From the NCBI GenBank assembly GCA_041650915.1, contig JBAZKE010000003.1:149226-213225 (forward strand): DNA of 64,000 nt. Reading direction: 5' to 3'. A program made the translations under genes and the position numbers. Of this stretch, positions 10,216-20,539 are shown piece after piece (the first letter of the stretch is position 1; each line of letters begins with the position of its first letter). The stretch comes from Patescibacteria group bacterium. Lineage in GTDB: Bacteria; Patescibacteriota; Patescibacteriia; UBA10025; JAHIVO01. The notes below the pieces were generated by a model. It was not told where the DNA came from. It saw only the letters and a list, made by a program, of their open reading frames with translations, and did not search any database.

Positions 10216-10683
10216 ATGGACATTGTTTCCCACGCAGCCTGGGGCATGACGATTATCCGAAAGAGGCCTGAGCTCTGGTGGGCTGCCCTGTTTGGAGCGC
10301 TGCCTGATGTTATCCTCGCGGTCTACGGGGTATACCGGTACGGGTGGGCGTATTTCCGGGATACAACCGACCAAAAGTTCGGCAAGAAAGCTCACGGTCC
10401 CTTTGTGAAGGTATACTACTTCACTCACAGCCTCGTGCCGATCACGTTCGTTGCGCTCCTGCTGCTCATGGTCGAGCCGCACTACGCGATCGTAACGATT
10501 CCGTACTACGTTCACGTATTGCTCGACAGTTTTGTCCACGGCGGCATCTGGGCAGCGCGGCTGTTGTATCCGATATCTGCAGCCCACTTTAATGGCAGTG
10601 ACTGGTGGAAAAATAAATGGATCAGTGTCGGCAATTGGTCAGCGCTCGTGCTGGTTAATATCGTAATACTTTATTTCTCGTGA
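10216..10683 (+). CDS. Membrane-bound metal-dependent hydrolase-like protein (YdjM-like)
   Basis: SH, LPD, THSL and HVLLD motifs. Confidence 0.65.
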   Translation: MDIVSHAAWGMTIIRKRPELWWAALFGALPDVILAVYGVYRYGWAYFRDTTDQKFGKKAHGPFVKVYYFTHSLVPITFVALLLLMVEPHYAIVTIPYYVHVLLDSFVHGGIWAARLLYPISAAHFNGSDWWKNKWISVGNWSALVLVNIVILYFS

Positions 10684-11402
10684 CCTATAAGATAAAAATT
10701 GAACAGTTTGAAGGCCCGCTCGATCTGCTGCTGCAGCTCATCGAGCAGGAGGAAATGGACATTACCGAAGTATCGCTTGCCAATGTCACAGAGCAGTACC
10801 TCAGGTACATCAACAGCAGCGAGGTCGAGATTTCCCTCGAAGAGCTCGCTGACTTCCTCGTCGTTGCCGCTAAGCTGCTTCTGATTAAATCGCGAATCCT
10901 CCTGCCGCAGCTCCACATTGATGAAGAAGAAGACGGCATTGACCTAGAGCAGCAGCTGAAGATATACCGTGAGTTCTATGATGCCTCAAAAGTGCTGCAC
11001 AAGATGATTTTACGGAAAAAGTTCCTTTTCCAGCGGGAGCGGGCGGCTGTCCGGGTGGAAAATATTTTTAATCCTCCGAAGAGCCTCACGGCGGACCGCC
11101 TCCGTGATTTATTCCGCGGCGTACTGAAGGATTTGGAACCGTGGGTAAGCCTGCCACGCGAGGTCATGGTAAAAACAATCTCAATCAAAGAGCGCATCGC
11201 GAATATCCAGGAGCTCATTTCAAGAGGAGTCAATACGAGTTTCCGCGAGCTCCTCAAAGGCACGAAGAGCAAAACGGAAGTCATCGTGACTTTTTTGGCG
11301 CTCCTCGAGCTCGTGAAGCAGCGCTCCATTGCCGTGGTGCAGGAAGGAATTTTTGACGATATCGTCGTTAAGCGTATGGAATCTGAATTCGAAAAAAAAT
11401 AG
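10680..11402 (+). CDS. scpA: Segregation and condensation protein A
   Basis: FEGPLDLLLQLI; IVTFLALLEL. Confidence 0.93.
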   Translation: MTYKIKIEQFEGPLDLLLQLIEQEEMDITEVSLANVTEQYLRYINSSEVEISLEELADFLVVAAKLLLIKSRILLPQLHIDEEEDGIDLEQQLKIYREFYDASKVLHKMILRKKFLFQRERAAVRVENIFNPPKSLTADRLRDLFRGVLKDLEPWVSLPREVMVKTISIKERIANIQELISRGVNTSFRELLKGTKSKTEVIVTFLALLELVKQRSIAVVQEGIFDDIVVKRMESEFEKK

Positions 11403-11437
11403 CGCTATAATCAATTACTTAAAATGTACGCCATCCT

Positions 11438-12004
11438 ATGAGGACAAAAGTACTTATCGAGAGCCTCCTATTCATCTCAGGCAAACCGATGTCAGCACAG
11501 AAGCTTGCGGAGGTGCTCGGCAAAGAAAAAGATGAAGTGATCCGTGAAGCCGATGAGCTTGCTGAAGAGTACGCAGCAGCGGGTCGCGGCATGCTCGTCC
11601 AGAAAGTCGGTTCTTCTTATCAGATGGTGACTTCGCCGAGCTGCACGCATATCATTAAAGATTTTATCAAATCCGAGCAGTCCGGTGAGCTCACAAAACC
11701 GTCGCTCGAAACGCTGACGATCATCGCGTACCGCGGGCCGGTTACAAAAGCCGAGCTTGAGCAGATCCGCGGGGTAAACTGCAGCCTCATTATCCGCAAT
11801 CTCCTCATCAAGGGGCTGATTGAAGCACATGAAGACCGGGAGAAGATGGCGACCGTATACTCGATTACGTTCGATTTCCTCAGGTTTCTGGGGCTTTCGA
11901 AGGTTGAAGAGCTGCCGGATTTTAGCAAGCTGAATAGCGATGAAAATTTAAAGAAGCTGCTCGAGATTAAGGTTGATGAAATGTCGGAGGAGCAGGCAAC
12001 CTAG
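11438..12004 (+). CDS. scpB: Segregation and condensation protein B
   Basis: IESLLF; LETLTIIAYRGPVTKAELEQIRGVN; adjacent to scpA. Confidence 0.95.
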   Translation: MRTKVLIESLLFISGKPMSAQKLAEVLGKEKDEVIREADELAEEYAAAGRGMLVQKVGSSYQMVTSPSCTHIIKDFIKSEQSGELTKPSLETLTIIAYRGPVTKAELEQIRGVNCSLIIRNLLIKGLIEAHEDREKMATVYSITFDFLRFLGLSKVEELPDFSKLNSDENLKKLLEIKVDEMSEEQAT

Positions 12005-12010
12005 CGCCGT

Positions 12011-12946
12011 ATGTTGCTGCTGCTGACAATATTACTGCACATTAACCAGATCGATTATTCGGAAGCGGTACTCTATTCGAGCGATGCCATGCAGAGTAGG
12101 ATCGTCCAGATGCTCCTCACCGAAACGTATGATCCACCCTTCACTGTCCGCCGGGCGCTTCCGCCAGCACAGGTCAGTGAGCTTGATTGTCCCGATGCTG
12201 CAATCTCTGCCCATTCGGGCGTGGTGCTCGATGTGGATTCTGGGAAAATTCTCTGGCAGAAAGATGCCGAAGAAGCGCTGCCGATCGCGAGCCTGACCAA
12301 GCTGATGACTGCACTTGTATTCCTTGAGACTAATCCTGACTTCAGCGCAGAAATAACGATAGAGGCTTCCGATAACGTGGACGTTCCCGGCAGCAAGCTT
12401 CACGTGCAACCGGGCGAGAGGGTTACCGTTGGCGATTTATTCTATACGAGCCTTGTCGGTTCGGCGAATAACGCGACGAAAGCACTTGCACGGTCTACCG
12501 GATTGCCTGAGGAACAGTTCATTACGCGGATGAATGCGCTTGCCCGTGACATGGGACTCGAACACACGATTTTTTATGAAGTGACCGGGCTTGATCCGCA
12601 GAATACTTCGACAGTCCTCGAGTACAGTTTCCTCGCGAATTATGCATTCCGCAATGAGACGATCAAGCGGACGCTTGCGACCCGGGAGTATACCTTTGAA
12701 ACCATTGATAAGAAAATAATTCACCGGATAAAAAATACTAACCAGCTCTTGAATGACGGGGAGCTTGAGCTCATCGGGGCAAAAACCGGCTACCTCGACG
12801 AGGCGGGATACACCTTCGTCTGTGAAGCCTCCGAGAACGGCCACCGCACGATCGTCGTGCTCTTCCGGAGCAGTTCCAGTGAGTCAAGATTTATAGAAGC
12901 AAAAGCGCTCCTGCAGTGGTCGTTCGATAACTTCGTGTGGATATAG
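12011..12946 (+). CDS. D-alanyl-D-alanine carboxy/endopeptidase (peptidase S11)
   Basis: SxxK (SLTK), SxN (SAN) and KTG motifs. Confidence 0.9.
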   Translation: MLLLLTILLHINQIDYSEAVLYSSDAMQSRIVQMLLTETYDPPFTVRRALPPAQVSELDCPDAAISAHSGVVLDVDSGKILWQKDAEEALPIASLTKLMTALVFLETNPDFSAEITIEASDNVDVPGSKLHVQPGERVTVGDLFYTSLVGSANNATKALARSTGLPEEQFITRMNALARDMGLEHTIFYEVTGLDPQNTSTVLEYSFLANYAFRNETIKRTLATREYTFETIDKKIIHRIKNTNQLLNDGELELIGAKTGYLDEAGYTFVCEASENGHRTIVVLFRSSSSESRFIEAKALLQWSFDNFVWI

Positions 12947-12974
12947 ATGATTTACAAAACGGTAAAAATAAGGT

Positions 12975-13472
12975 ATGGTAGATATTGATTACGGTGCACT
13001 ATTTCAAAATTTTCCTCCTGAAATCGCGACGCTGCTCATTGCATTGCTGCCGATTGCCGAGCTTCGTCTTGCGATTCCGACTGCCATCGAGGTTTTTGAT
13101 ATGTCGATCTGGGCAGCGTTTCTTTGGTCGGTGATCGGCAACATGATACCGGCTGTACTGCTCCTCCTGTTTCTGGATCCTGTCGCCCGTTTTCTCATGG
13201 AACGATCACGTTTTTTTAACAAATTTTTTTCTTGGATTTTTAAGCGAACGACGGCGCGGTTCAGATCAAAGGCATCCCAGTACGGCACGTTCATTGCGCT
13301 TATGCTCTTTGTTGCCGTACCGCTCCCGATAACCGGCGCATGGACCGGAGCAGCAGCTGCCTTCCTGTTTAAAATGCCGTTCCACCGGGCTCTCCTCGCG
13401 GTAACGATCGGCGTCCTGATCGCAGGGGTGATCGTTACTATGGCAACGGTCGGGATTTCATCACTTTTTTAA
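12975..13472 (+). CDS. Putative small multidrug export family membrane protein (COG2426)
   Basis: LPIAELRLAIP; FVAVPLPITGAWTG. Confidence 0.85.
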   Translation: MVDIDYGALFQNFPPEIATLLIALLPIAELRLAIPTAIEVFDMSIWAAFLWSVIGNMIPAVLLLLFLDPVARFLMERSRFFNKFFSWIFKRTTARFRSKASQYGTFIALMLFVAVPLPITGAWTGAAAAFLFKMPFHRALLAVTIGVLIAGVIVTMATVGISSLF

Positions 13473-13487
13473 AAAAATAGAAAAATT

Positions 13488-14270
13488 ATGAAAAGGACTG
13501 TGCTCGCCATCGCGAACTGGAAGATGAATGTTAGCCTCCCGGATATTGACCGTTTTTTTAAATATTTTTCTTTCGATGCGGTTGCGCCTGATGAAGTCGA
13601 GCTTTTGTTCTGCCCGTCTTTTATTGGAATCGAAAAAGCTGCAGCATTGACTCGAGGAACCCGAGCGCACGTTGGCGCCCAGGATGTCTACACCGAGGAG
13701 AAAGGGGCATTTACGGGAGCGGTGTCCGCCCGACAGATTGTTGACGCGGGCTGCACGCATGTTATCGTCGGCCATTCCGAGCGGAGGAGGCTCTTTGGGG
13801 AAACGGACGAGCTTGTGGCGCGGAAGGTCCAGGTTGCGCTTACACACAGGCTTTCGCCCATTATCTGCCTCGGTGAGAGTTTTGCTGAAAAGGAAGCAGG
13901 CAAAACCAAGCTCGTAGTTGAGCGCCAGGTGCGCACCTGCCTCGGCGGGCTCCGCGGGTCTGACGTGAAGAAAGCTGTCGTCGCCTACGAACCTGTCTGG
14001 GCGATCAGCACGAGCCCCGATAATCCCGGCGGGGTAGCAGATAGCCCGGAATCAGCGCAGGTGGTGCATAAGCTCATCAGGAAGGTCATCGAGGAGCTCT
14101 ACGGGGAATCTGTCGCGAGCGTGATGAGGATCGCGTATGGCGGTTCTGTCGATGCGGGTAATGTGGCATCGTTTACCATGATGGATGACATTGACGGCGT
14201 ACTCGTCGGCAGCGCGAGCAAGGAGGCTGAGAGCTTCCAAAAGATCGTATCGGCAATTAACAAACGGTAA
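13488..14270 (+). CDS. tpiA: Triosephosphate isomerase
   Basis: NWKMN, GHSERR, AYEPVWAI, YGGSV. Confidence 0.96.
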   Translation: MKRTVLAIANWKMNVSLPDIDRFFKYFSFDAVAPDEVELLFCPSFIGIEKAAALTRGTRAHVGAQDVYTEEKGAFTGAVSARQIVDAGCTHVIVGHSERRRLFGETDELVARKVQVALTHRLSPIICLGESFAEKEAGKTKLVVERQVRTCLGGLRGSDVKKAVVAYEPVWAISTSPDNPGGVADSPESAQVVHKLIRKVIEELYGESVASVMRIAYGGSVDAGNVASFTMMDDIDGVLVGSASKEAESFQKIVSAINKR

Positions 14271-14279
14271 CGTAACGCA

Positions 14280-15164
14280 ATGCTCGTACATATATCAGAC
14301 CTTATCAAGGACGCGCGCGAGAAGGAGTATACGCTCGGTGCGTTCAATATCGAAAATTTAGAAACGACGCTCGGCGTTGTCCGCGCCGCGGTCGCCAAGA
14401 AAGCGCCGGTAATTTTACAGGTCTCTGAAACCAGCATCCGGTACGCCGGGCTCAAGGCCATTACGAGCATCGTGAGGACGATAGCATCTGTTGAGGCGGG
14501 CGATATTCCTATCTCCCTGCACCTGGACCACGGTAAGACCTTTCGTTCGGTGGCCGAGTGCGTTCGCGCTGGTTTTTCTTCGATAATGATGGATGCTTCT
14601 GACATGCCCATTACTGAAAATATCATCCTCACCAGGCAGGCCGTTGATTTTGCCCACGGTAAGGGCGTGTATGTCCAGGGCGAACTCGGTATCGTGAAAG
14701 GGCTCGAAGAGGTGAGCGAAGAAGAGCGAAAGAAGACCATGACGGATCCGGAAGAGGCCTCCATGTTCGTACAAAAGAGTGAGGTTGACACCTTGGCAGT
14801 CGCCGTCGGCAACGTGCACGGAATCATCAAAATGAGGAAAGGAAATCCCGGACTGGATCTCGACCGGCTCGAGAAAATACACTCACTCATTCCTGATACG
14901 CCGCTCGTGCTGCACGGCGCATCGGGCTTGCCCCAGAACCAGATCGAAGAGGGGATGAAACGCGGCATCCGGATAATTAATATTGATACGGAGCTCCGCA
15001 TGTCATTTACCAACGCGCTCCGTGAAACGCTCATGAAAGACCCGGCACTTTTCGATCCCCGCGAGCTCCTCACGCCATCAATCAATGCTATCCAGCGCGT
15101 GGTTGAGGCAAAAATCGAAGTATTCAAGAGCGCCGGCAAGGCAGCTGGCATTCCAATCGAGTAG
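14280..15164 (+). CDS. fba: Class II fructose-bisphosphate aldolase
   Basis: LHLDHG, GNVHG, LVLHGASG, INIDT. Confidence 0.92.
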   Translation: MLVHISDLIKDAREKEYTLGAFNIENLETTLGVVRAAVAKKAPVILQVSETSIRYAGLKAITSIVRTIASVEAGDIPISLHLDHGKTFRSVAECVRAGFSSIMMDASDMPITENIILTRQAVDFAHGKGVYVQGELGIVKGLEEVSEEERKKTMTDPEEASMFVQKSEVDTLAVAVGNVHGIIKMRKGNPGLDLDRLEKIHSLIPDTPLVLHGASGLPQNQIEEGMKRGIRIINIDTELRMSFTNALRETLMKDPALFDPRELLTPSINAIQRVVEAKIEVFKSAGKAAGIPIE

Positions 15165-15260
15165 CAGCGGTAAGGTGAACAATAGCGCCGGCACGGCTGC
15201 CGGTATTTCAATAGTGCAGTAGGAACAGCGTCAGCGTTAACAACAAGTAAATTAAAAGGT

Positions 15261-16265
15261 ATGGCAATCCGTTTAGCTATCAATGGGTTTGGGAGGATCG
15301 GCAAATCAGCGTTCAGAATAGCGCTGGATGATAAAGATATCGAAGTCGTTGCAATCAACAACCTCGCCCCGGCAGAAATGTCCGCCCACTTGCTCAAGTA
15401 TGATACCGTATACGGTACATGGGATCACGACGTATCGCACTATGAGGGCGGAATCATCGTCGATGGCAAAAAGTATCCGATTATCGGCGAGCGCGATCCT
15501 GAGAAGCTCCCCTGGAAAAAGTACGACGTAGATGTGGTCATCGAGTCCACTGGTTTATTTTTAACGAAAGAGACTGCATCGGCGCACCTGAGAGCTGGAG
15601 CCAAGCGCGTCGTAATTTCCGCGCCAGCAAAGGATGGCATTGACATGTTCGTCATGGGCGTCAACGATGATAAGCTCGCTGACCAGGAAATAATTTCAAA
15701 CGCTTCCTGTACGACAAACTGCATTGCGCCGGTGATTAAAGTTCTCCAGGAAGAGTTTGGCATCAAGAAGGCTTCAATGACGACGGTCCATTCTTATACG
15801 GCCGACCAGAATCTCGTCGACGGATCGCACAAGAAAGACCTCCGGCGTGCGCGTGCGGCCGCTGAAAATATCGTTCCGACAACTACCGGCGCAGCAAAGG
15901 CGACCTCGAAGGTCGTCCCTGAGGTTGCGGGCATCTTCGATGGCATAGCATTCCGCGTCCCGACGCCGTCCGCTTCCCTCTCTGACTTTACGCTGCTCAT
16001 GGCGAAACAGGTGACCGTTGAGGCCGTCAACGAGGCTTTTAAAAAGGCAGCAGCGAGCGAGCGGTATAAAGGTGTATTGGCTGTTACTGATGAACCGCTT
16101 GTTTCATCCGATATCGTCGGCAATACGAACGCTTCGATTGTTGATCTCGGTTTGACCAAGGTCATTGACGGGGATCTTCTCAAGGTCGTTGCCTGGTACG
16201 ACAATGAGTGGGGGTACTCCTGTACGCTCGTCCGTATTTGCAAAGCTGTAGGAAAAAAGCTATAA
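15261..16265 (+). CDS. gap: Type I glyceraldehyde-3-phosphate dehydrogenase
   Basis: NGFGRIG, SNASCTTNC, WYDNEWGY. Confidence 0.97.
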   Translation: MAIRLAINGFGRIGKSAFRIALDDKDIEVVAINNLAPAEMSAHLLKYDTVYGTWDHDVSHYEGGIIVDGKKYPIIGERDPEKLPWKKYDVDVVIESTGLFLTKETASAHLRAGAKRVVISAPAKDGIDMFVMGVNDDKLADQEIISNASCTTNCIAPVIKVLQEEFGIKKASMTTVHSYTADQNLVDGSHKKDLRRARAAAENIVPTTTGAAKATSKVVPEVAGIFDGIAFRVPTPSASLSDFTLLMAKQVTVEAVNEAFKKAAASERYKGVLAVTDEPLVSSDIVGNTNASIVDLGLTKVIDGDLLKVVAWYDNEWGYSCTLVRICKAVGKKL

Positions 16266-16346
16266 TATTCGCATACGTCGATTAGAAAGGTTTCTCGAAT
16301 AGAGAGCCTGGGGCTCGTATGCCCGGCATCGAAAGGGGGTGATATC

Positions 16347-16526
16347 ATGCTAAAGCACAAATACGTTCCGATTTCGTTTGCTGTGTTTGGGATCATGTGT
16401 GCAATTTTCGGTTTCTTCACTGAGGTGCGCAATGAATTAATCATCATCCCTTCCGCATTCTATCTGCAGATGTCAGCAGTTTCTTTCCTCGCGGCAATCT
16501 ATTTCGAGACGGCCCAAAAGCGTTAA
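16347..16526 (+). CDS. Small 59-aa two-TM protein (below ORF-track cutoff)
   Basis: MLKHKYVPISFAVFGIMCAIFGFF...IYFETAQKR; SD AAGGGGGTGA; promoter TTGCAA-17-TATAAT at 16238-16266 inside the gap 3' end. Confidence 0.7.
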   Translation: MLKHKYVPISFAVFGIMCAIFGFFTEVRNELIIIPSAFYLQMSAVSFLAAIYFETAQKR

Positions 16527-16660
16527 GGCGCTTTGGAATAACGTTCTGGCATGCCCGGTATTTGTACGTGTTTTCAAGGACGTTACGCAATGCTCAATTC
16601 ATTTAGCATCCGCGGTTTTTTTAAAGCCCTTCCATGCCTCCTTTTTGGGCCTTTTTTAAA

Positions 16661-16689
16661 TTGACAGATAGGCTCTGATTCCCTACAAT
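16661..16689 (+). promoter_or_regulatory. Sigma70 promoter upstream of tRNA-Glu
   Basis: TTGACA-17-TACAAT. Confidence 0.75.
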
Positions 16690-16782
16690 GGTGGGGCTTC
16701 TGTCTGTAAATCTCCGTTCGATTCCACCGGATACCCACGTTTTATTCGTCGAATGCTTTCGGAAGCACCCACATAACCTTAT

Positions 16783-16854
16783 GCCGCCTTCGTCTAGTGG
16801 CTAGGACGTCGCCCTCTCACGGCGGAAACACGGGTCCGATTCCCGTAGGCGGTA
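16783..16854 (+). tRNA. tRNA-Glu(CUC), CCA not encoded
   Basis: Acceptor GCCGCCT/AGGCGGT, D-arm GTC..GAC, anticodon loop CT-CTC-AC, T-arm ACGGG-TCCGATT-CCCGT. Confidence 0.92.
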
Positions 16855-16971
16855 TACTATCTGAAGCCCCTTCTTTAAAAAGTAGTGTTTACATGACTCC
16901 CTAAAATTATTCGTATCGCTCGGCTCGGGACTGGAAAGATCCGGAGCCTCGCGATGTAATGAAGCATTGTT

Positions 16972-17313
16972 ATGTATCTCATTATACGTCTCATACTCAA
17001 TGCGGTTGCGCTCCTGCTCGTTGCGAATTTCGTGAGCGGGTTTGAGGTCGAGAGTTTTTGGTATGCGCTCATCGCCGCGCTCGTGCTCGGAATCGTGAAC
17101 GCGGTACTTAAGCCGGTTCTCATCGTGCTGACGCTGCCGATCACCATCCTGACGCTCGGTCTCTTCACCTTCATAATCAATGCAGGCCTCCTGTGGCTGG
17201 TCGCGACGATCCTCGACGGTTTTTCTATTGATGCGTTCTGGCCGACTGCAGTGGTTGGTGGCCTGATACTCTGGGTAATCAGCTGGTTCACCAACGCAAT
17301 AACAAAGAAGTAG
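16972..17313 (+). CDS. Phage holin family (DUF360/YvlD-like) membrane protein
   Basis: LGIVNAVLKPVL...LTLPITILTLGLFTFIINA. Confidence 0.88.
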   Translation: MYLIIRLILNAVALLLVANFVSGFEVESFWYALIAALVLGIVNAVLKPVLIVLTLPITILTLGLFTFIINAGLLWLVATILDGFSIDAFWPTAVVGGLILWVISWFTNAITKK

Positions 17314-17400
17314 TTTTGGCAGGCGGTCCACCGTCCTTGCGGGGTTAGGTTGGTGTGGTATACTGCCCGGTGGTAACCGTTTTATCCATTCAAACGCGCT

Positions 17401-17637
17401 ATGGCGACAGCTTGGTACACGCTCGTAGTAGGAATACTGATTACGCTTGATGGAATCATTTTTTTAATTTTTAATGATATCGACGGGTTTGCAATGCCCA
17501 ATTGGTACCTCGGGCTCATGCTGCTCGTCGGCGTCATCGGGATTATTCTCGGGCTCATCAAAGTATTGAAAGAGAAGAATCCGCAAAAGGATGTTGAACA
17601 CAGCCAGCGGGAAGCGGAAGAGGATGTCATGGAGTAA
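17401..17637 (+). CDS. Small two-TM hypothetical protein
   Basis: Two hydrophobic segments and an acidic tail; upstream TATACT -10. Confidence 0.65.
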   Translation: MATAWYTLVVGILITLDGIIFLIFNDIDGFAMPNWYLGLMLLVGVIGIILGLIKVLKEKNPQKDVEHSQREAEEDVME

Positions 17638-17747
17638 AAAGCTCTGATGAGCATTATTATTAGATGGTTTCGTATTGGTTTCTTTACAAATACGATTTTT
17701 TATGCTATAATAATTTTGTAAGTACATATTTTTTTTCGATTCAACGC

Positions 17748-19622
17748 GTGAAACCATTTAAACGCCATCACTACTTTCTTTTTTCTGCGATATTAGCAGG
17801 GTTTTTTTTAGGAGCCGTCGCAATTTTTTTAATTCAGCGCATTCCAACGGCCGAGCTGACGGGAGTAGGCGTCGGTAACCGCATGCAGCATGATGCGGAG
17901 ATTGCTTTGCAGTTTGATATGCCCGTTGCACGGTCAGTGAGCGTCACGATAGAACCGGAGGTGTTTGGAGAAATTCGTTTTGAGGATATGATCGTAGGCC
18001 ATCACCTCGCACGCCGAGTCGTTTTTCAGCCTGCGGTTACGTGGCAGCCAGGAGTTGAATACATGGTCCATGTATCAGGAGTCCGCAGTGCGCTGTTTCC
18101 GTACGGCGATGAACACGAGCAACTCATTACCTTCACCACCGAAAGTGAGCCCGACGTGAGTATCGTAACGCCGTCGCAAGATGGTGAAATCCGTTCAGAT
18201 GCCGAGTGGCGCATTGCGCTCGACCGTCCCAACCTCGGGAATTTTAATTTTTATTTTCATTTTGATCCGTCAGTTGAAGTCGAATCTTCGCTCTCGGAAG
18301 ACCGCGGGAGCTATCGAATCAAACCCGCGGGACTGCTCTCCCAGGGGCAGCAGTATGCACTGACAATCGAACGTGAGCCAATCAGATTTCTATACAATAC
18401 CGAGGAAGTCGCGTTCCGCGGCGAACCCGAAACCGTATGGCAGGGAAGCTGGAACGTCCGTAAGGCCCCCGGCATCGAGAGTTTTTCGCCCCAGGGTGAC
18501 CAGGTCGCAACGACTGCTGACCTGTCCATAACGTTCGATGAGAATATCGATCTCGCTTCATTCCGCGAGTCGGTGCAAGTTGAACCGGCGGTGGGCGGCT
18601 CATGGACGACAGCGGACTACCGAACCATAACGTTATCTCCGGCTGCGCTCGAACAGGCTGTGACCTATACGGTCAAGCTCGCGGCCGGACTCGAAACGTT
18701 CGGGGGAGGATACCTCGAGGAAGAGGCAGCCTACTCGTTTTCAACCATTGGACCGGCTGCGCTCGACCGGTCGTCACCTGCCGCTGGAGATACCGGCTTC
18801 AATGTGAACGGTGCGATGCGCCTCACGTTCGACCAGGAAGTCGACCACGCGTCCGCTCAAGAGCACTTTTCAATTTCGCCGCCCGTTGCAGGTACTTTTT
18901 CGTGGGACGGGTTGACCATGATTTTTCAGCCGACGGCGATGCTCTCGTTCAATACGGAGTATGCCATTACGCTCACGAGCGGCATTGCAGCTCCGGAGGG
19001 CGTACATTCGCAGCAAACCTACACGATTCCTTTTACGACGGAGCTATCGGTTACCAAGCTCTCAGTGGCGTTCCACCGGCAGGAGCACTCATTGAGCTGC
19101 GAGGTGGCAACTCTCGTTATGGCCCTCCAGTACCGTGGTTTATCAGTATCAGAAGCACAGCTTATTGATGCGATTGGATTTGACCCAACGCCCAAAGAAG
19201 GGGGTGTCTGGGGAAATCCCCACATTGCATTCGTTGGAGATATTGACGGCCGCCAGCCGACAACCGGCTATGGCGTGTACTGGCAGCCGGTTGCGCAGGC
19301 GGCGCAGGCGTACCGTAGTGCGCGGTGGTTTACAGACTGGAGCATCACTGACCTGACTGCGGAGATCCAGAAGGGCAATCCGGTCATTGTCTGGGGCACT
19401 GCCGGTTCCGGGTCGCGGATCGACTGGAAAACTCCGGAGGGCGGCAACGTCGTTGCGATCAACGGCGAGCATACCTACCTCGTCATCGGTTTCATGGGTT
19501 CTGCGAGCAATCCGACGAAAGTGATTGTGCTCGATCCGCTCTCAGGCGAACGCTACTTTACCCTGAGTTCGTTTTTATCCAACTGGGGGCTCCTGAACCG
19601 CAGCGGCGTGGTTGTTGAGTAG
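17748..19622 (+). CDS. Membrane-anchored Ig-like (Big_5) repeat protein with C-terminal C39-like cysteine peptidase
   Basis: Repeated P...ITFD..D...I.P Ig units; LSCEVA, GEH, LDP catalytic pattern. Promoter TTTACA-17-TATAAT (17683-17711) places the start at GTG 17748. Confidence 0.8.
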   Translation: MKPFKRHHYFLFSAILAGFFLGAVAIFLIQRIPTAELTGVGVGNRMQHDAEIALQFDMPVARSVSVTIEPEVFGEIRFEDMIVGHHLARRVVFQPAVTWQPGVEYMVHVSGVRSALFPYGDEHEQLITFTTESEPDVSIVTPSQDGEIRSDAEWRIALDRPNLGNFNFYFHFDPSVEVESSLSEDRGSYRIKPAGLLSQGQQYALTIEREPIRFLYNTEEVAFRGEPETVWQGSWNVRKAPGIESFSPQGDQVATTADLSITFDENIDLASFRESVQVEPAVGGSWTTADYRTITLSPAALEQAVTYTVKLAAGLETFGGGYLEEEAAYSFSTIGPAALDRSSPAAGDTGFNVNGAMRLTFDQEVDHASAQEHFSISPPVAGTFSWDGLTMIFQPTAMLSFNTEYAITLTSGIAAPEGVHSQQTYTIPFTTELSVTKLSVAFHRQEHSLSCEVATLVMALQYRGLSVSEAQLIDAIGFDPTPKEGGVWGNPHIAFVGDIDGRQPTTGYGVYWQPVAQAAQAYRSARWFTDWSITDLTAEIQKGNPVIVWGTAGSGSRIDWKTPEGGNVVAINGEHTYLVIGFMGSASNPTKVIVLDPLSGERYFTLSSFLSNWGLLNRSGVVVE

Positions 19623-19666
19623 CAGTTGACAGGAAATACACGCTGGTGTAGTGTATTGAGTTATCT

Positions 19667-20470
19667 ATGAATAAGAGAATCCTCATCCTCAATACGGTTC
19701 TGGTGCTGCTGATCGTTGCCGGACTTGGGTATATCGGGCGTCACCAGATCATCGACCTCTGGGAAGGCTGGATGTCTGATCCGGTTCCAGAATCTATTAC
19801 CTATGTGGAAATACTCAATCGCAGCCTGAACGAGAACAAAGCCCAGGATGAAGCTATCCTGGACACGAACGCCGCTCCGGCAGAGCCCATGGTCGAAATA
19901 CCCGAAGTGATGAACCTCGATGTGCCGTTTACGACCCAATCGCCGTTTGCCGAATGGACCGAACAGGACAATGAATCATGCGAAGAGGCCGCCGCCTTAA
20001 CTGTCCATTATTACTGGCAGCAAAAAACATTTACCAAGCAAATAGCACAAGATGAATTGCAGGCGATCGTCGATTTTGAAAACGGTTACTTCGGTTTTTA
20101 CAAGGATACGACGGCAGCCCAGACGGCAGAATTTATCAAAGAGCTCTGGGGTTACGAGCGGGTTGATGTCGAGTACGGCATCACGGTCGAGGATATTAAG
20201 CGCGAGGTGGCGCAGGGGCGGCCGGTCATACTTCCTACCGCCGGGAGGTTGCTCGGCAACCCGAACTTCCGGGAACCGGGCCCGCTCTATCACATGGTCG
20301 TCGTACGCGGCTGGACCGAGAATATGATCCTCACGAATGATCCGGGCACCCGTAAGGGTGAGAACTACCAGTATGGGCCGGATGTTCTGTATGGAGCGAT
20401 CCACGACTGGAATGGCGGGGACGTCGATGCCGGCCAAAAGGCGATGATCGTCGTGTGGCCGAATGATTGA
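19667..20470 (+). CDS. C39-like cysteine peptidase with N-terminal anchor
   Basis: VPFTTQSP, SCEEA, YHMVVVRG, NDPG. Confidence 0.8.
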   Translation: MNKRILILNTVLVLLIVAGLGYIGRHQIIDLWEGWMSDPVPESITYVEILNRSLNENKAQDEAILDTNAAPAEPMVEIPEVMNLDVPFTTQSPFAEWTEQDNESCEEAAALTVHYYWQQKTFTKQIAQDELQAIVDFENGYFGFYKDTTAAQTAEFIKELWGYERVDVEYGITVEDIKREVAQGRPVILPTAGRLLGNPNFREPGPLYHMVVVRGWTENMILTNDPGTRKGENYQYGPDVLYGAIHDWNGGDVDAGQKAMIVVWPND

Positions 20471-20539
20471 AAAAAATTCACTGCTGCAGTATACTGGATG
20501 CAGAAAACTTCCTCTTTTTTATTTCAAATTTGATCTCGA

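Noticed and set aside
16972-17313. Prophage suggested by a holin-family gene next to a tRNA
   Set aside because: This family is common in chromosomes. There is no integrase, structural gene or att duplication at tRNA-Glu.
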